From contig NC_087251.1 in assembly GCF_037042905.1 (NCBI RefSeq), forward strand, positions 17,672,001 to 17,736,000: DNA of 64,000 nt. The letters are read 5' to 3'. The position numbers and the translations under genes are program-made. The stretch comes from Lytechinus pictus. Lineage: Eukaryota. The number at the start of each line of letters is the position of its first letter. Positions within the stretch are counted from its first letter, which is position 1. The notes beneath the pieces are model-generated. The model worked only from the letters and a program-made list of their open reading frames with translations. It was not told the DNA's origin and did not search any database. Positions 1-13,300 of this stretch are shown piece after piece.

Positions 1-119
1 TCTGATTAGCCTGAGTCCAAGTCTGATGGCATCAGCCTCAGCTCAGGAATAAAAGTTTTGTGCTAAGATTACAAAGTAAAGCAAGTTAAAGGCGCATTTG
101 TCATGTTTTGCCGTTGTGA

Positions 120-1580
120 CATAATCGTGATATAGTCCCCAAATCCAAAAATTGGGATTATTAGAATCACACCTACCAGAATGCATGAAAATCACTTCTT
201 TTCTCCAGAACAGTCCCCAACTCTCGCACAGCCTGAGAACTTGCGAAATGATAACACACACAAATGAAACACACTTACACTTGGGTTCTCTCCCTATTAT
301 ATACTCGTGATACAGTCCCCACTCTACGGGAAATCAAGTTTGATTTTCACGGCGGTGGGGACAGTTTCAACAGTATAGTATACTCGTGATGCAGTCCCCA
401 CGCTATGGCATACACAGTTCACTTTGCACGCAGTGGGGACAGTTCAAACTGTATAGCTATACTCGTGATACAATCCCCACGCTATGGGATACACATTTCG
501 TTTGGCACGCAGTGGGGATAACTCCAACAGTATATTATACTCGTGATACCGTCCCCTCACAACATAAAATCGTGCTCGTTCGACAAGGGGATGGGGACAG
601 TTTCCCAGTGCAATGTGACAAGGAAGACTCATTCAAAACCTTCGGGAAATTGTCGTCATCATATTATATTATCATTTTATCATAATTATCATTATTATTT
701 TATCATAATTATTATTATTGTTATTAAATCATAATTATCATTATTCTCTATTATCACTATTTTAATGTTATTTAATCATAATTATCATTATTATTATGCA
801 GTCCCCGCGCTATGGGATACACAGTTCACTTTGCACGCAGTGGGGACAGTTCCAACAGTGTAGCTATACTCGTGATACCGTCCCCTCACAACATAAAATC
901 GTACTCGTTCGACAAGGGGATGGGGACAGTTTCCCAGTGCAACGTGACAAGGAAGACTCATTCAAAACCTTCAGGAATTATTATTATTGTCATCATATTA
1001 TATTATCATTATCATCATTTTATCATAATTATCATTATTTTATTGTTAATGTTATTTAATTTTTAATCATAATTATCATTATTGTTATTATTATTACTAT
1101 CATCATCATAAACATCATTTTCATGTGTTCTGGTACGGTAGGTGTAATTCTAATGTTGAGGGCTCAAACAGACGAAACGTGAATTGTAGGTCGAGAATTT
1201 AGTGATTCCTGAAACAATCTGGAACTATAAAGTCTTATCTATTGGTGACGATAAGCAAGCAGTCAATAAGCCGTTGTAAAACATTCCAACATAACAATTT
1301 ATATATTCAGATGCTAAATATGGTCATTGATCATGTTGATCAGCACAAGAAAATAAAGTTACACAGGTCTGCTCTCGAGAGGAAATCTGTTTCTCTGACT
1401 AAACAAAGTTGAAAAGAAAATGTGTTGCATCGCAACGCATCTAACAACGCGTTGCGTGTTGATGCAAAAAGGCGCACAACTCTGCAACCAGCGATGTTAC
1501 GTAACAATAGGATACGTAACAATCGCATTACCACACTAATAATCCCCATTTTTGGATTTGGGGACTATATCACGATTATG
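120..1580. mobile_element. TIR element with internal ~78-bp tandem repeats and a segmental duplication
   Basis: cataatcgtgatatagtccccaaatccaaaaat (120-152) is inverted at 1548-1580. tactcgtgat units lie at about 302, 381, 459 and 537. Block 388-720 is partly duplicated at 796-1060. (ATT/ATC)n tracts. Confidence 0.65.
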
Positions 1581-2874
1581 CCGTTTGGGGTTCTATTCTC
1601 AAAACTTCCAAAAGCTACAGTAGGATGGGGGATCGGGTGTCCGGACACTTTATATTTTTGAAGCCTTCTTTTTTGTCTTAAGATTACACTAAAAATATGA
1701 ATTCAATAGTTGTAATCATCTTCTATTTTGTTCTCTATAATATTTTCTAAAATTTTGTACTAAAATTTGATGAAACTTCGCTTGTAATTTTTTCCAAATG
1801 ACTTTCTAAAATTGATCATCCGGACACACAACCTGTCCGGACACACAACAACTGGGTACCGGTATACAATCTCTTTCCTTGCTAAAAAATCAACCGGGTT
1901 CAGGAAAGAATCGCGTTGAGCATTCATTTGACTCTTGACTTGAAGTAGACAGGAATAACCGTCGTTTCTGGGGTTTCCTTAACAATTCTGACATTTCACC
2001 ATATGTATGGTGAGTGGAGCCAACGTAGTTCAGCGGAACAACCAAAATACAGAGACTGAAGCTTTTTGGTCTAGACTTGAAGTTGAGGTTCATGTCCGCC
2101 GCCTCGAATTACGGTAGCCGGCCGGGAGCCAGCCCGCCCACCGGCCCAGCGCGCGGGCGAGCAGCGGGACATGCAGATGGACGGTTTATCGGGCGAAGCC
2201 GAAGCAAGTGCGTGTGTGCACTGTGCCTGTGGTAAAAAAGAAAACCTTAAGTCCTTATTGAATTCCACTTCATTTTGAATTTATAAACCTATTTTCATAG
2301 TTACCTAGTATCATCAGTTTCTGCACTTTCTTAGCCTTTAATTCCGCTAGGCATAGGTTCCGAGATTTGCCACATCAGACGTGATCGGCATAAAAAAAAA
2401 ATAAAAGCTCTAAATCTCGACCTCGGCCAGCCGCTGTACCGGTACGTACGGTACCGTACGTACGTGGACGAAGTGACCGGCGCGGATTCTTCACTCGCAT
2501 ACCGTAATCCCTTTCAAAACATAATCGGCCCCTTGCTATATACTTCTTTTTCCTTTGATAATGAAATTTGTCAATTTTAACATCTAATTAAGTGCCCTTA
2601 ATATACCTTTATTTACTTTTGATAAATGTCCCTTTTCTTTTCTAGTTTGCTCAAAATGTTTGTTCAAGTTAAATTTATTGAAAAACCAAACAAACGAGTA
2701 CAAATCAATGAACATATGATACCAAAAAAAAAAAAAATATATATATATATGAAAGGAATAAGGACCATAAATAAAACATTTTTGTAACTATAAATGATGC
2801 AAGCACGAAGCATAAGCTGGATCTTTTAGGGGCAATTCAGACCTAAAAATTGGACGTTCTAAGCACTTTTTGTA

Positions 2875-3390
2875 AAAGGGATATGGTCCAGGTTGGAGAT
2901 ATTTAAAATTCACAGCAAAATGCTGAAAAATTGATCAAAATCAGATAACAAATAAGAAAGTTATTAAATTTTAGAGATTTGCATTATTCCGGTGAACCAG
3001 TTATAGGCATGTTTCATGAATATTCATTACGTGGGCTGCAATGATGTCATATTTTATTATAGAAATTAGGTTTATTCAAAATGTTTCTACCAAGAACTAA
3101 AACAATTGGGTTGACAACTGATTAAGTGCATTAGTAATTTATTGCCGCAACTTATTTCATCATAATGGAGACACATCATTTGAACATGTATGAAAAAAAT
3201 GAATCATTTATGATTTCATGTAATAACAAAAAGGAAAGTGGGGATATGACATCAGCTAACCTAATGAATATTCATGATGTGCATATAACTGTTTAAAAAA
3301 AATATTGCTAAACTTTAAAATTCAATAACTTTGTTATTTGTTACCCGATTTCGATGAAATTTTCAGCATTTTGCTCAGTAAATTTGACTC
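2875..3390. mobile_element. Partial copy of the 9210-9713 MITE family
   Basis: Shared gatttgcattattcc...tgaatattcat...gatgaaattttcagcattttgctc. Confidence 0.7.
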
Positions 3391-3604
3391 CAGCTGATTT
3401 GTTTTTTTCTACATCCCGATCAAAACAAAAAGGTATAGTTTAAGTACTTTTTTAAACTCAGAACAAGATATTTATCCAAGAAACAATTGTGAACGTGAAG
3501 AGCGAGGTATCATTTTTATTATTTTAAAATTTAAGATTAATAACTACTAAGAATTAAGCAGGCCCAAACAGGACATTCAATCAGACAGCTGGGGTAGAAG
3601 CTAT

Positions 3605-3790
3605 GGGGGGAGGGGGTTGAAAGGGAAGAGATAGAAAGAGAGAGTAGGAAGAAGGATAAGAGAAAAGATCTAGGCTAGATTTAGGGAGAGAAGGGATAGG
3701 GGATATAAACAGAGAGAGGGGAGAGGGGGAATTGAATAAGAGAGTGAAGATATAGAGAAGAGAGAAAGTGAGGGAGAGAGAATAAAAAAA
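3605..3790. repeat. GA-rich low-complexity tract
   Basis: Purine-rich AG runs. Confidence 0.7.
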
Positions 3791-5009
3791 ATGAATGTAC
3801 CTGCTGTTTGGAAATTTCCGGGTCCCTATGTGTGATAATCTCCCCTTTTAGAATCACTATCTCCTCTACCTTGTCATGGTTTTAAAGATATTTGTCTTTA
3901 CCAAACCAATTAACAAATATATATTTGGTTGAATGAGTGTCACTGATTTATGTATTTATTCATTGGAACCATAATAGTTCGATAAGCGAAGATGTACAAT
4001 AATTGCAAAACTAAAGCCAAATTATGTAATAAAAGAGAAAACAAATCCATTACAATAAGAGAAGGTAGTAATTAACAGGAACATGAAAAAAATTGAAATG
4101 AAAAAGAGGGTTATATAGATGAAGCAAACTATGAAACAAAGTAATAAATAAATAAAACAGATTGCAGAAGATGGGAGGGGAGAGGAAATTTAAAGATTGA
4201 AGGAGAGGGAAGAAAGAAAGGGGCATATTCAAATAATTATAGCAAGTCTATTAATACACAATTATTCTGTTTAAATGAAAAGAAGACGGAGAAGAAAAAA
4301 AGATGGAGAAGGATGAGGAGGTGAAGACGAAACAAAAGAAAAGGAGAAGGGGAAGAAGATGAAGGACAAGAAAAAATTCATAAGTCGACTTGGAAAGATA
4401 AGTCATCTTTAAAACTTTCGTAGGTTTCAATCTGTCATGTTATGTTCATTAGATATTCATTGGTTCACAATCGTTAAACTTTCCAATCATATGTGAGTTT
4501 CCAATCATATGTGAGTTTCCTTCACAAATATAATTATACAGTTCTAAGAGTAAGACTATATATATTCTCAAACGAGGGAATTGTTTATAATAGCCCCCCC
4601 CCCCCCAACAAAACAACAAAAAAAGGAGAGAGTAAAAAAAATGAATGAAGTAAAAAAAATGAATGAAATAAAAAATAGACAACAAATAAAATTAAATTTG
4701 ACGTGTAATACTCACAAAAGATATATAAAAATATACAGAGTGAACCTTTATTTTCAAGGCCTCCATCAGACAAAGAATAAAACACTGAAGACTCTACGTT
4801 AAGTGAAAATAACAAGTTTGGTAGAAAACATTTATTACAAATGGAACTGAACATACATACATGTCTTACGCATGAATGCACACATAGCCCATAGAGAAGT
4901 GCATATGTATCACTATGGTTATATCAGTCCTACCTCACTCATCATTAATACATGGTGAGCTCTCTCTGAAAAAGATGCACCTTATATAAATTTAGATGAC
5001 ACAATACAA

Positions 5010-5155
5010 TTATAATACAACTCCTTTTAAGCACTCAATACATCAAAACACCATCTCTGAGTGCTTTACAGACATATTCCTTTTCTTCAACCATTCGACT
5101 CAGGCTTGCCTGCACACAATACATGCACTTTCTCCACTCCCTGGGTAGCATTCCA
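5010..5155 (-). mobile_element. SINE fragment (same family as 43120-43350)
   Basis: Reverse complement reads ggaatgctacccagggagtggag...tgtaaagcactcagag. Confidence 0.6.
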
Positions 5156-7158
5156 TTCACTATCAATATGTCAATAACAAATTTTGAATAATTTCTGAAA
5201 TTACAATGTCAATGTATCACAAATTACATAAATATCCTGATTGGAATATTGCTGAAGAAGTGTACACAGTAGATTGAAGCAATCTGCTATGGATATTCAA
5301 TATGAATATGAAATGATGTACTTATTATTTGATGGATTTTCATCAAACCTTCACCAATATTTTTCACTTATTTTCATGCTTTTATTAAAACTAACTTTAA
5401 CTTAATGAACTTCCACTGTAATATTTACTCAAAGATATGATTGATTCACCGATCCTGGAACAGTACTTATTTGCTGAGAATAATCAATCTGATCTCATTC
5501 TTAAAGTTTAGGATTATATTAAATCAATTTATAGAATTAATGTTGAGAGTATATAAGAAAGAAAACCATTACAGAACAAAAATACAAAAAAAATACTAGT
5601 AATCTAAAATTACACAGAAAAGGGTATATTTAAATACTATCTAGGATTCTTTCAAAATAATTCTCTAACTTAGTACAGATACATGTGATGTACATATATT
5701 TCTTTTACATGAATGCGCAAATAAACCACATGACATACATTTTAGTGGAATTCATTTTAACCAAATGTGATTGATGAGTGTCAAAACATATTACATACTT
5801 TTGAATCGTAGCAAAAATATCAAAGCACAGTAACACACATATAATAAATGTATAACTCAAGTGATCCATTTAGGTAGGCCACTCAGAATTATTAACTGAT
5901 CTTTTTTTATCTTCTTAGTGTATTCATACAATGTAACTGAAATGAATTACAGAAACATGTTTCTTCTAATTTGCTTCTATCACTATCACATTATCAGTTC
6001 AATTAAAGCTTATGCCTTTGAGATATTATGGTTCAAAAGCATGTGCTCTGATCATGGCCTGAATATGAACATCTATAATGTCCTTCTCTTAAAGACTGGC
6101 TCACACAATTGCATGTTTGGCTTGTGTTGAGCTACGGATTGCCTGAACAGAGACAAATACCGTCAAACAGAACGCAACCCAATGAAACGAGCTGATACAA
6201 GGTAAACACACAATAACAAAGAGGCCTTGCATTTTAGCTCAGTAGTTTATAACTTTTTCAAACATCTGTAACTGAACACATAAAAATTTCATACAATCAA
6301 CAGCGAGTGGCTATAAAGGCAGACAACACAGTGATAGTGCTCGATTTACCTCGCTTTACTGCGTGCAACTTTGTACAAAATACACTATTTGACAAAGTGA
6401 CTAATTTGACTGATAATTCATTTTGTGTGAACTAACAAAAGCTCATTGCATATATCAAAGATGCTACTATGCATGGAAAATTTAGTTAGTACATGGGGGT
6501 ACTGTCAAGCTCTGATACATACATGTATATATATATATATATTCATAAATTGTGGGTAGAATAGAATATCAATATATAAATTACAAGTGAAATCAAATTA
6601 ATAAATGATGAGTTTGTACACACACTCACACAATGATTCATACTTACTATTCCATTAACAATTTAGGTGGGGTCAAGATTAAACACTGAAAAATATAGTT
6701 TTCTTTCTTCATTTCTGAATTGGAGATGAAGAATGAAAAGTAGAAATGTATATTGGAGAAACATTTCAATATATTCAGTATAGCATGTTTGTATATACAG
6801 TGTCCACATCTAGGAAAACACGCCACCCGCCCCCCAAAAAAAATGAGAGAAATATGAATATGATACATATAAACTTGTTTAATTTCAAGTCATTCGTCCA
6901 ATGAAATATATATTTGTTTTGTATGTCTCATACAATATACATATAATACACCTCTAAGATTGTCTTGTGAAATACATGAAGGTTTGTGCACACTGGTGAC
7001 ATGAAGCAATATATAATATGCTGCAGCAAAAAGATGACAATAATCATAGGACAACGGAATGCATTCACCCCCAAATGTCCAAAAATAGACAATATTAAAT
7101 AACAATTGCGTTCCCTGGACAAACTGCAGGAATTGAGTAAAAAGTCTCCTATATGCAT

Positions 7159-7350
7159 TCACTGTATCTTACAGTTTTCTTCATCATCCTCAGCCTCGGG
7201 GGCCCCTACACCTGTGGCTGCTCCTCTACCCCGTCCACCCCTTGTAGACCTGGCTGAAAGCTCTCTAGCCTTGGTAGCCTCCACACTCCTGCCTTCCTTC
7301 AGTGGGCTATTAGTAATGGTGGATAAAGCTGAATGGTTGCTACTTTGACC
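7159..7350 (-). CDS. CENPF: CENP-F last coding exon with CaaX box
   Basis: cttcag|GQSSNHSALSTITNSPLKE...EDDEENCKIQ*; TGA at 7161-7159. Confidence 0.9.
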   Translation of the reverse strand, partial: GQSSNHSALSTITNSPLKEGRSVEATKARELSARSTRGGRGRGAATGVGAPEAEDDEENCKIQ

Positions 7351-10300
7351 CTGAAGTGAGAAAAAAAGTAGACATAATCAGTTGACATATTCCGATAAAA
7401 AGATCAAGTTTAGTATAGCAGGAAGTGCAAATTTCAATCCATATATCGTGATCTAGCCAAATATTTTTTTTCAATTCAACGTTAGCTACATACAAAGGCT
7501 TGACAAATGTCTGTGTCAAGTTTTCTTTCTAAACCCTTTATTCTTGTAAGAAATGCTAAAATGGTGATATCAAAGATGAAAATGTATTAGAATTAAATTT
7601 TCACCCCACCCTGCAAAAAATGGAATGGTACCAAAAAAAAGTATATTTCTCAGAACACCAGCAAGACAATTTTTTTTTTCACTTTCTACTTAAATAGAAT
7701 TCAAATTAGAATCCCAATGAACAAAATATATCAATGTTGCCAATTTGCAGAGTAAAAGTTGAACAAATGAGATGACAAATAATAATAATTAGATTTTAGA
7801 TGCGACTCCCAAGGGATGACTGGGCATGAAAAGAAGCTAGAACATCATAAAGCCCAATAATTCTCGCTACCCCAAATAGGAACAAAAATCTCATAATGCG
7901 CGAGACGAGATAATTTTCACTCCGTCGGGTCGTCATCACCACTTCCGGTTCAGAGTCATGCTCGCGCGAGGTTCGCGATACTGAGTTTTCCACCACGCTG
8001 AAAACAATGCCAATCAGCGTAATATGTACAGATTATAATACTTTTTATTTAATTTGGTCAGTTTAGATTCCATTTGAATTATAAATAAAAAATATATTTC
8101 ACGTAAAAATAATTTTTATTTATGTTTTTATTTGGTTACAAAAAAATAAAACAAAAAATAAATATCTTAAAATTTTGCATTTAGCGACCGGCCTGACATC
8201 ACGATCATATTTGACTAGACGCTAAATATATACACTGCAGCATTCATTCCGTTCTATTTTTCGTCGACCACAAAATGGATAAAAAATCAGTTTCGGAACT
8301 TAAAAAAATCTTAACTGAATACCGTGCAATGGAAAGCGTCGGGCAGAATTAGTGACTTAAGCAGAAAAGGCTGTTAAACTGTATCGTTAAAGAGAGGGTT
8401 GTGATCACGAACTTTCCGAGCGAAAGCGACGTTGTGTTGTTGTGGATGACGGCACTGTTGATCTGAATCGCAAAACAGTGCATAGGACTTCCGAACAGGA
8501 AGTTGCAATACCGAAAAGCTGTCCCATAATGCAATGCGCGTTACAGGGATTTTTCCCGGATCTCGGCGAAATCGCTATTTGGGGTAGCGAGAATTGCTGT
8601 ATAATACAATGCATGAAAAGGCTTGAAATAAGAAGTTCTCAAAAGCCTTCTGGAGGAGAATGAAACCCTTGGAGCAAGTTAGACTTTGTGAAAGCAGAAA
8701 AGTCACAGAATCAAATCAGTAAAATTGCTGAAGAATTAAGAAAGTTATGAGCATTTGAATGTTGAGATCACTAATGCTAACAAAATCCTCAATTTGACAA
8801 TGCGAGCAAGATCTGTGATGTCACATGTACAAATTTCCCCTTTGGACATTGAAAATATGACCCATTATTTTCATTTTCTGCTCTTTCTAATGATATGGTA
8901 AATGATTCATCTGTGATATAATGTTGTAATATGCCCTCTCATATAAAAGAACACCTAATCTTGCAATAGACTAAATAAAAGAGAAAATTAAAGTGAAATA
9001 TGTTCTGGAATTATGGGGAACTTGTATGTGTGTGACATCACAGATCTTGGTCGCATTACCAATGGGAGGATCTACACAGCTTCATGATCTCAATATTCTA
9101 ATGCTCATAACATTCTTATTTATCAATTCAATCTTCCTCAATCTTTCACTGATCTGTTTCTTTATTTTCTCTTTATATGAAATATAAGTGGTTTCAAGGG
9201 TTTCATTCTTTAAAGGGATCGTCCAGGCTCGAGACATTTATATCTCAATAAATAGAGTAAAATTCACAAATAACGAAGTTATTGAATTTTAAAGATTTGC
9301 ATTATTCCAGTGAACGATTCTAGGCATGTCTTTATGAATATTCATTAGGTGGGCTGATGATGTCATATCCCTAATTTTTCATTTGTATGTTATTATATGA
9401 AATTAGGTTTATTCAAAATTTTTCTACCAAGACTAAAACAAATGGATTGACAACTGATTAAATGCATTAGTTATTTATTGTCGCAACTTATTTCATCATT
9501 ATATCATGTAATAACATAAGAAAAAGGAAAATTTAATGAATATTCATGACGATGTGCATATAACTGTTTTCACAAAATATTGATAAAATTTAAAATTCAA
9601 TAACTTCGTTATTTATTATCCGATTTTGATGAAATTTTCAGCATTTTGCTCTGTGAAATTTATTCTATTTTAATGTTTAGATATAAATATTTTCAGCCCG
9701 ACCATCCCTTTAAGACTGGCATCTCTGAATTCCCTTGGACATACCCTTAGACTGAGGTTAGACAGATGACTGCGGGTGACCCTTTTGTTTGTGTTGAATG
9801 TCCCGTCTTCACTGCCCTGACTGCTGGGTATCTGAGTGGATGGTGGTTGGCTACTGGACTGGTTCTGACTGCCTGACCTTCGCAGCCTGGTGCTCAAACC
9901 TATAGAGAGAATTGCGAAGTTTTCATTGAAATGAACAGCTAGTGATCTACTTCAAAATTTTAAAAACCTTAAAGAGCTTTATGCAGAAAAAGAGTTGTAT
10001 TTTTTAAACAAAACTCAAACAATCAAATGCAAACCCAAATGCAGCACTTGAAGTGACTTCAGCTTTATTGAAACTCAAGCTATTTAAGGTGAATGGGGAA
10101 GAATTTGATTGCAATTCTTTCTGTGACATGTACCATGACTGCTAATGATGTTGAAATATAAAACTTCCATAAGCTTCCACAAACAACAGAGACAATCAAA
10201 CATGAAAGAGCTCAAAATGTGCGATAGCTGTAGAACTTTGAGATTAAACTATAAAAATGTCCTACACACTGCACTAAATGAAGTTGGTCCATCCTGACAT

Positions 10301-13300
10301 TAATTTTGCTTAGATAATTGTGGAAAAATGAAGAAACAGTTTGAGAAAATTCTTCATAAAATAGCTGGCTATGAATGTTTTTTATTATGCTGGAGGGGGG
10401 TCAAACTGACCTCGAAAAATTTTGTCACTACGCCGTCGCGCGAATTTTTTTACTGCACCATTAGGCAACTTTTTACTTTCAAGTCTTGCGCATCTTTTGA
10501 GACCACAATATTATGTAAGTGCGTGTCAGACCCCAAATTGCTCAAAAACGTGATTCCGAGTGCAAAGTAAATGCAAATTGTGTTTTTCATCAAAAATCAT
10601 AAATATATGATTATTCTTTACTTTGGTTGGTTTAAATGGATTTATTTTATGCTATTTATGATCGCAAAATTGTCCCTGACAAAGATCATTGGAAAAAACA
10701 ATAAAAAACAAAGATTAAAGTTCACTGGAAAAAACAATATAAAACAAAGTTTTGAAAAAATAAAGAAATACATAAGAATAAAAAAATAAAAATAAAATAC
10801 CTAAAAAATTAACTATATTTTGGCAATTTTTTAAAGATATTTGTTAGAAATGTAAAAATTGATACTCTCACCAAAAATAAGCATTCTACTAGCTATATAA
10901 ATTGAGTTAAAGGCAAAAACATTCAAATTTCATATGCTTTTTTGCATAATCAATTAATAAAAAATATAAACAATTAATGTTTTGAAATTTTTTTATGTGT
11001 GTGCAAATCCTCGCGCAATCAGCGGCCCAGATCTGGGGAGGGTCAAATTGACCCCCCCCCCCCCCGAATATGTCTCGTCTGAAATAGCCCAATTAAAGTA
11101 GGGTTTAAAGGTCAAGTCCACCCCAGAAAAATCTTGATTTGAATAAATGGAGAAAAGTCAAACTAGCATACTGCTAAAAATTTCATCAAAATCAGATGTA
11201 TAATAAGAAAGTTATGGCATTTTAAATATTTGCTTATTTTTCACAAAACAGTGATATGGACAACTCAGTGACATGCAAATGAGACAGTCGATGATGTCCC
11301 TCACTCACTTTTTTTTTTTTTTTTAATTATACAATTTTTTTTTTTTTTTACAGATTTGACAATAAGGATCAAGTTGACTGAATCATATAGTATTAAACAA
11401 TGCTAATTCCACATGTTCAAGGAGGAGAAAATTAGAATATTTCATATTTCATGTAATAAAATACAAAAGAAATAGTGAGTGGATGACGTGCAGTCTCCTC
11501 ATTTGCATACTGACCAGGATGTGCACGTAACTGTTTTGTGAAATTAAGCGAAACTTTAAAATGTCATTTACTTTCTTATTTTACATCCGATTTCGATGAA
11601 ATTTTCAGTGTTATGCTTGTTGGATTTTTCTCTTTTTTTTCACATCAACTTTTTGTTGGGGTAGACTTGTCCTTTAAAGCTTTGAATTAGTCTTATGCTA
11701 GCGGCTTCATATCATAGATTTTTATTTTTTATAGGTTCAAGATGACTGAAAATATATTAAATGTACGTATAAAATCACTCTTAATTGAAGAAAAAATTAT
11801 AACAAAACCGTCTTTAAGTCAGGGTGAACTTCCCAAATATTTTCAAGCTACTAGGGGCCAATTGCACAATAGGGTCTTTGAAAGAGCCGTCATCAATTTA
11901 TCATGATACACCATATGGAATGCTTTTATAAAAAAATTACCTGCAAACATATTTAAATCGTCTATCAAAGTGTAACAAATCATTGTTTATATAAAATAAT
12001 GTAATATCTTTTAAAACATTTTAAAAATCAATTAAAAAACTAGCTAGCAAATATTATTTGTTTATCATAAAATTTATAAATGTGCCTTATAAGGAGCATC
12101 ATAATAAATGCACGACACAAAACAGTCTTTGGAAAGACCCTTTTATGCAATCGCCACCACGTTCCTAACAAAAGACATGAAATGGAATTTCTTCAGCTAT
12201 TAACTCATGGTATCAATCTGGCTGCTATGGATTCAACAGGGTTGTGTAAGAGAATCATATCAACTTACCAGACTGAGATGAAGCAACCTCCTCTTCTGTT
12301 TCAGGGAAACTTTGAAAATCTTTCTTGCTCCTTTTAGCTTCTTGACTTGCACTCAGATGCCTGGAACGCTTGGTACCAACCTGTGTGCCCTCCTCTTCTC
12401 TCTGACTCACATCTACAGAAGGATCCCTAGAATACCTTCTCTTAGACAGCCTTGTCATACGCCTTCCAGGACTAGGGCTTTTGGACTCTGCTAACACGGT
12501 TTCAGCAGTCTCTTCATGCTTTTCTTGCGATGCTGGCATAGCAGTGTCAACATTCAAAGGTACATTCTTCGAGGGATATTCATTTGTTACTTCAGGTTCT
12601 ACCGCAGCAGAGGGCTCTGCAGATAATTTCTTGGCAGGATTCTCATTTTTGCTGAACCCATGTCTCTTTGTTGACAGTCTTGTTGTCCGTTTGCTGCTAG
12701 GAATTTGTTTCTCCTGGACTGGAGCAGTCTCATCTTCAGTTCTTTCTGCAATAGCTACAGCTGCTGGTGGGCTGGTATTCTCCACTTGTGGCTTGTCATC
12801 CATGTTTTGCTTTAGGTTTTTCTTGAGTTTTGCATTTTCTTCCTTTAACTCAGTCATTTTTTTGCATGCCAGTTGGAGCTTGAGTTTGAAATCCTCTACT
12901 TTCCTTTGGTCTTGTTTAGAGGTCTTGCTAATTTTCATGTACTCTTTCCTAGTGAATTCCAGCTCTTCTTCTTTCTCTCTGAGCTCTTCTTTAAGTTCTT
13001 CAAGTGCAGAACCTTCGTCACTACTATTTGAGTTTGCATCACCACCGACCTTAGCCTCCAGCTCTGAGTTAGATTTGCGGAGGTCCTCAAAGTCTTTTTG
13101 CAACTTCTTTAAGTTTGTCATTGACAATTTGAGTTTTCCCTGGTAGGATTCATTGTCTGCTTTCAGTTCTTTGATTTGTTTTTCAAACTCAGTTTTCATT
13201 TTCGTAGAATTAGCGCCTACAGCAGCCTTGGATTCCTGATAAATAAAAAATTTAAAAGAATTTTTTTTTTTAAAGTGTTACCTGGTTATACCGACAACTG

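Noticed and set aside
290..620. Regularly spaced palindromic repeats resembling a CRISPR array
   Set aside because: The intervening sequences are homologous to each other rather than unique spacers, there are no cas genes, and the context is a spliced animal genome.
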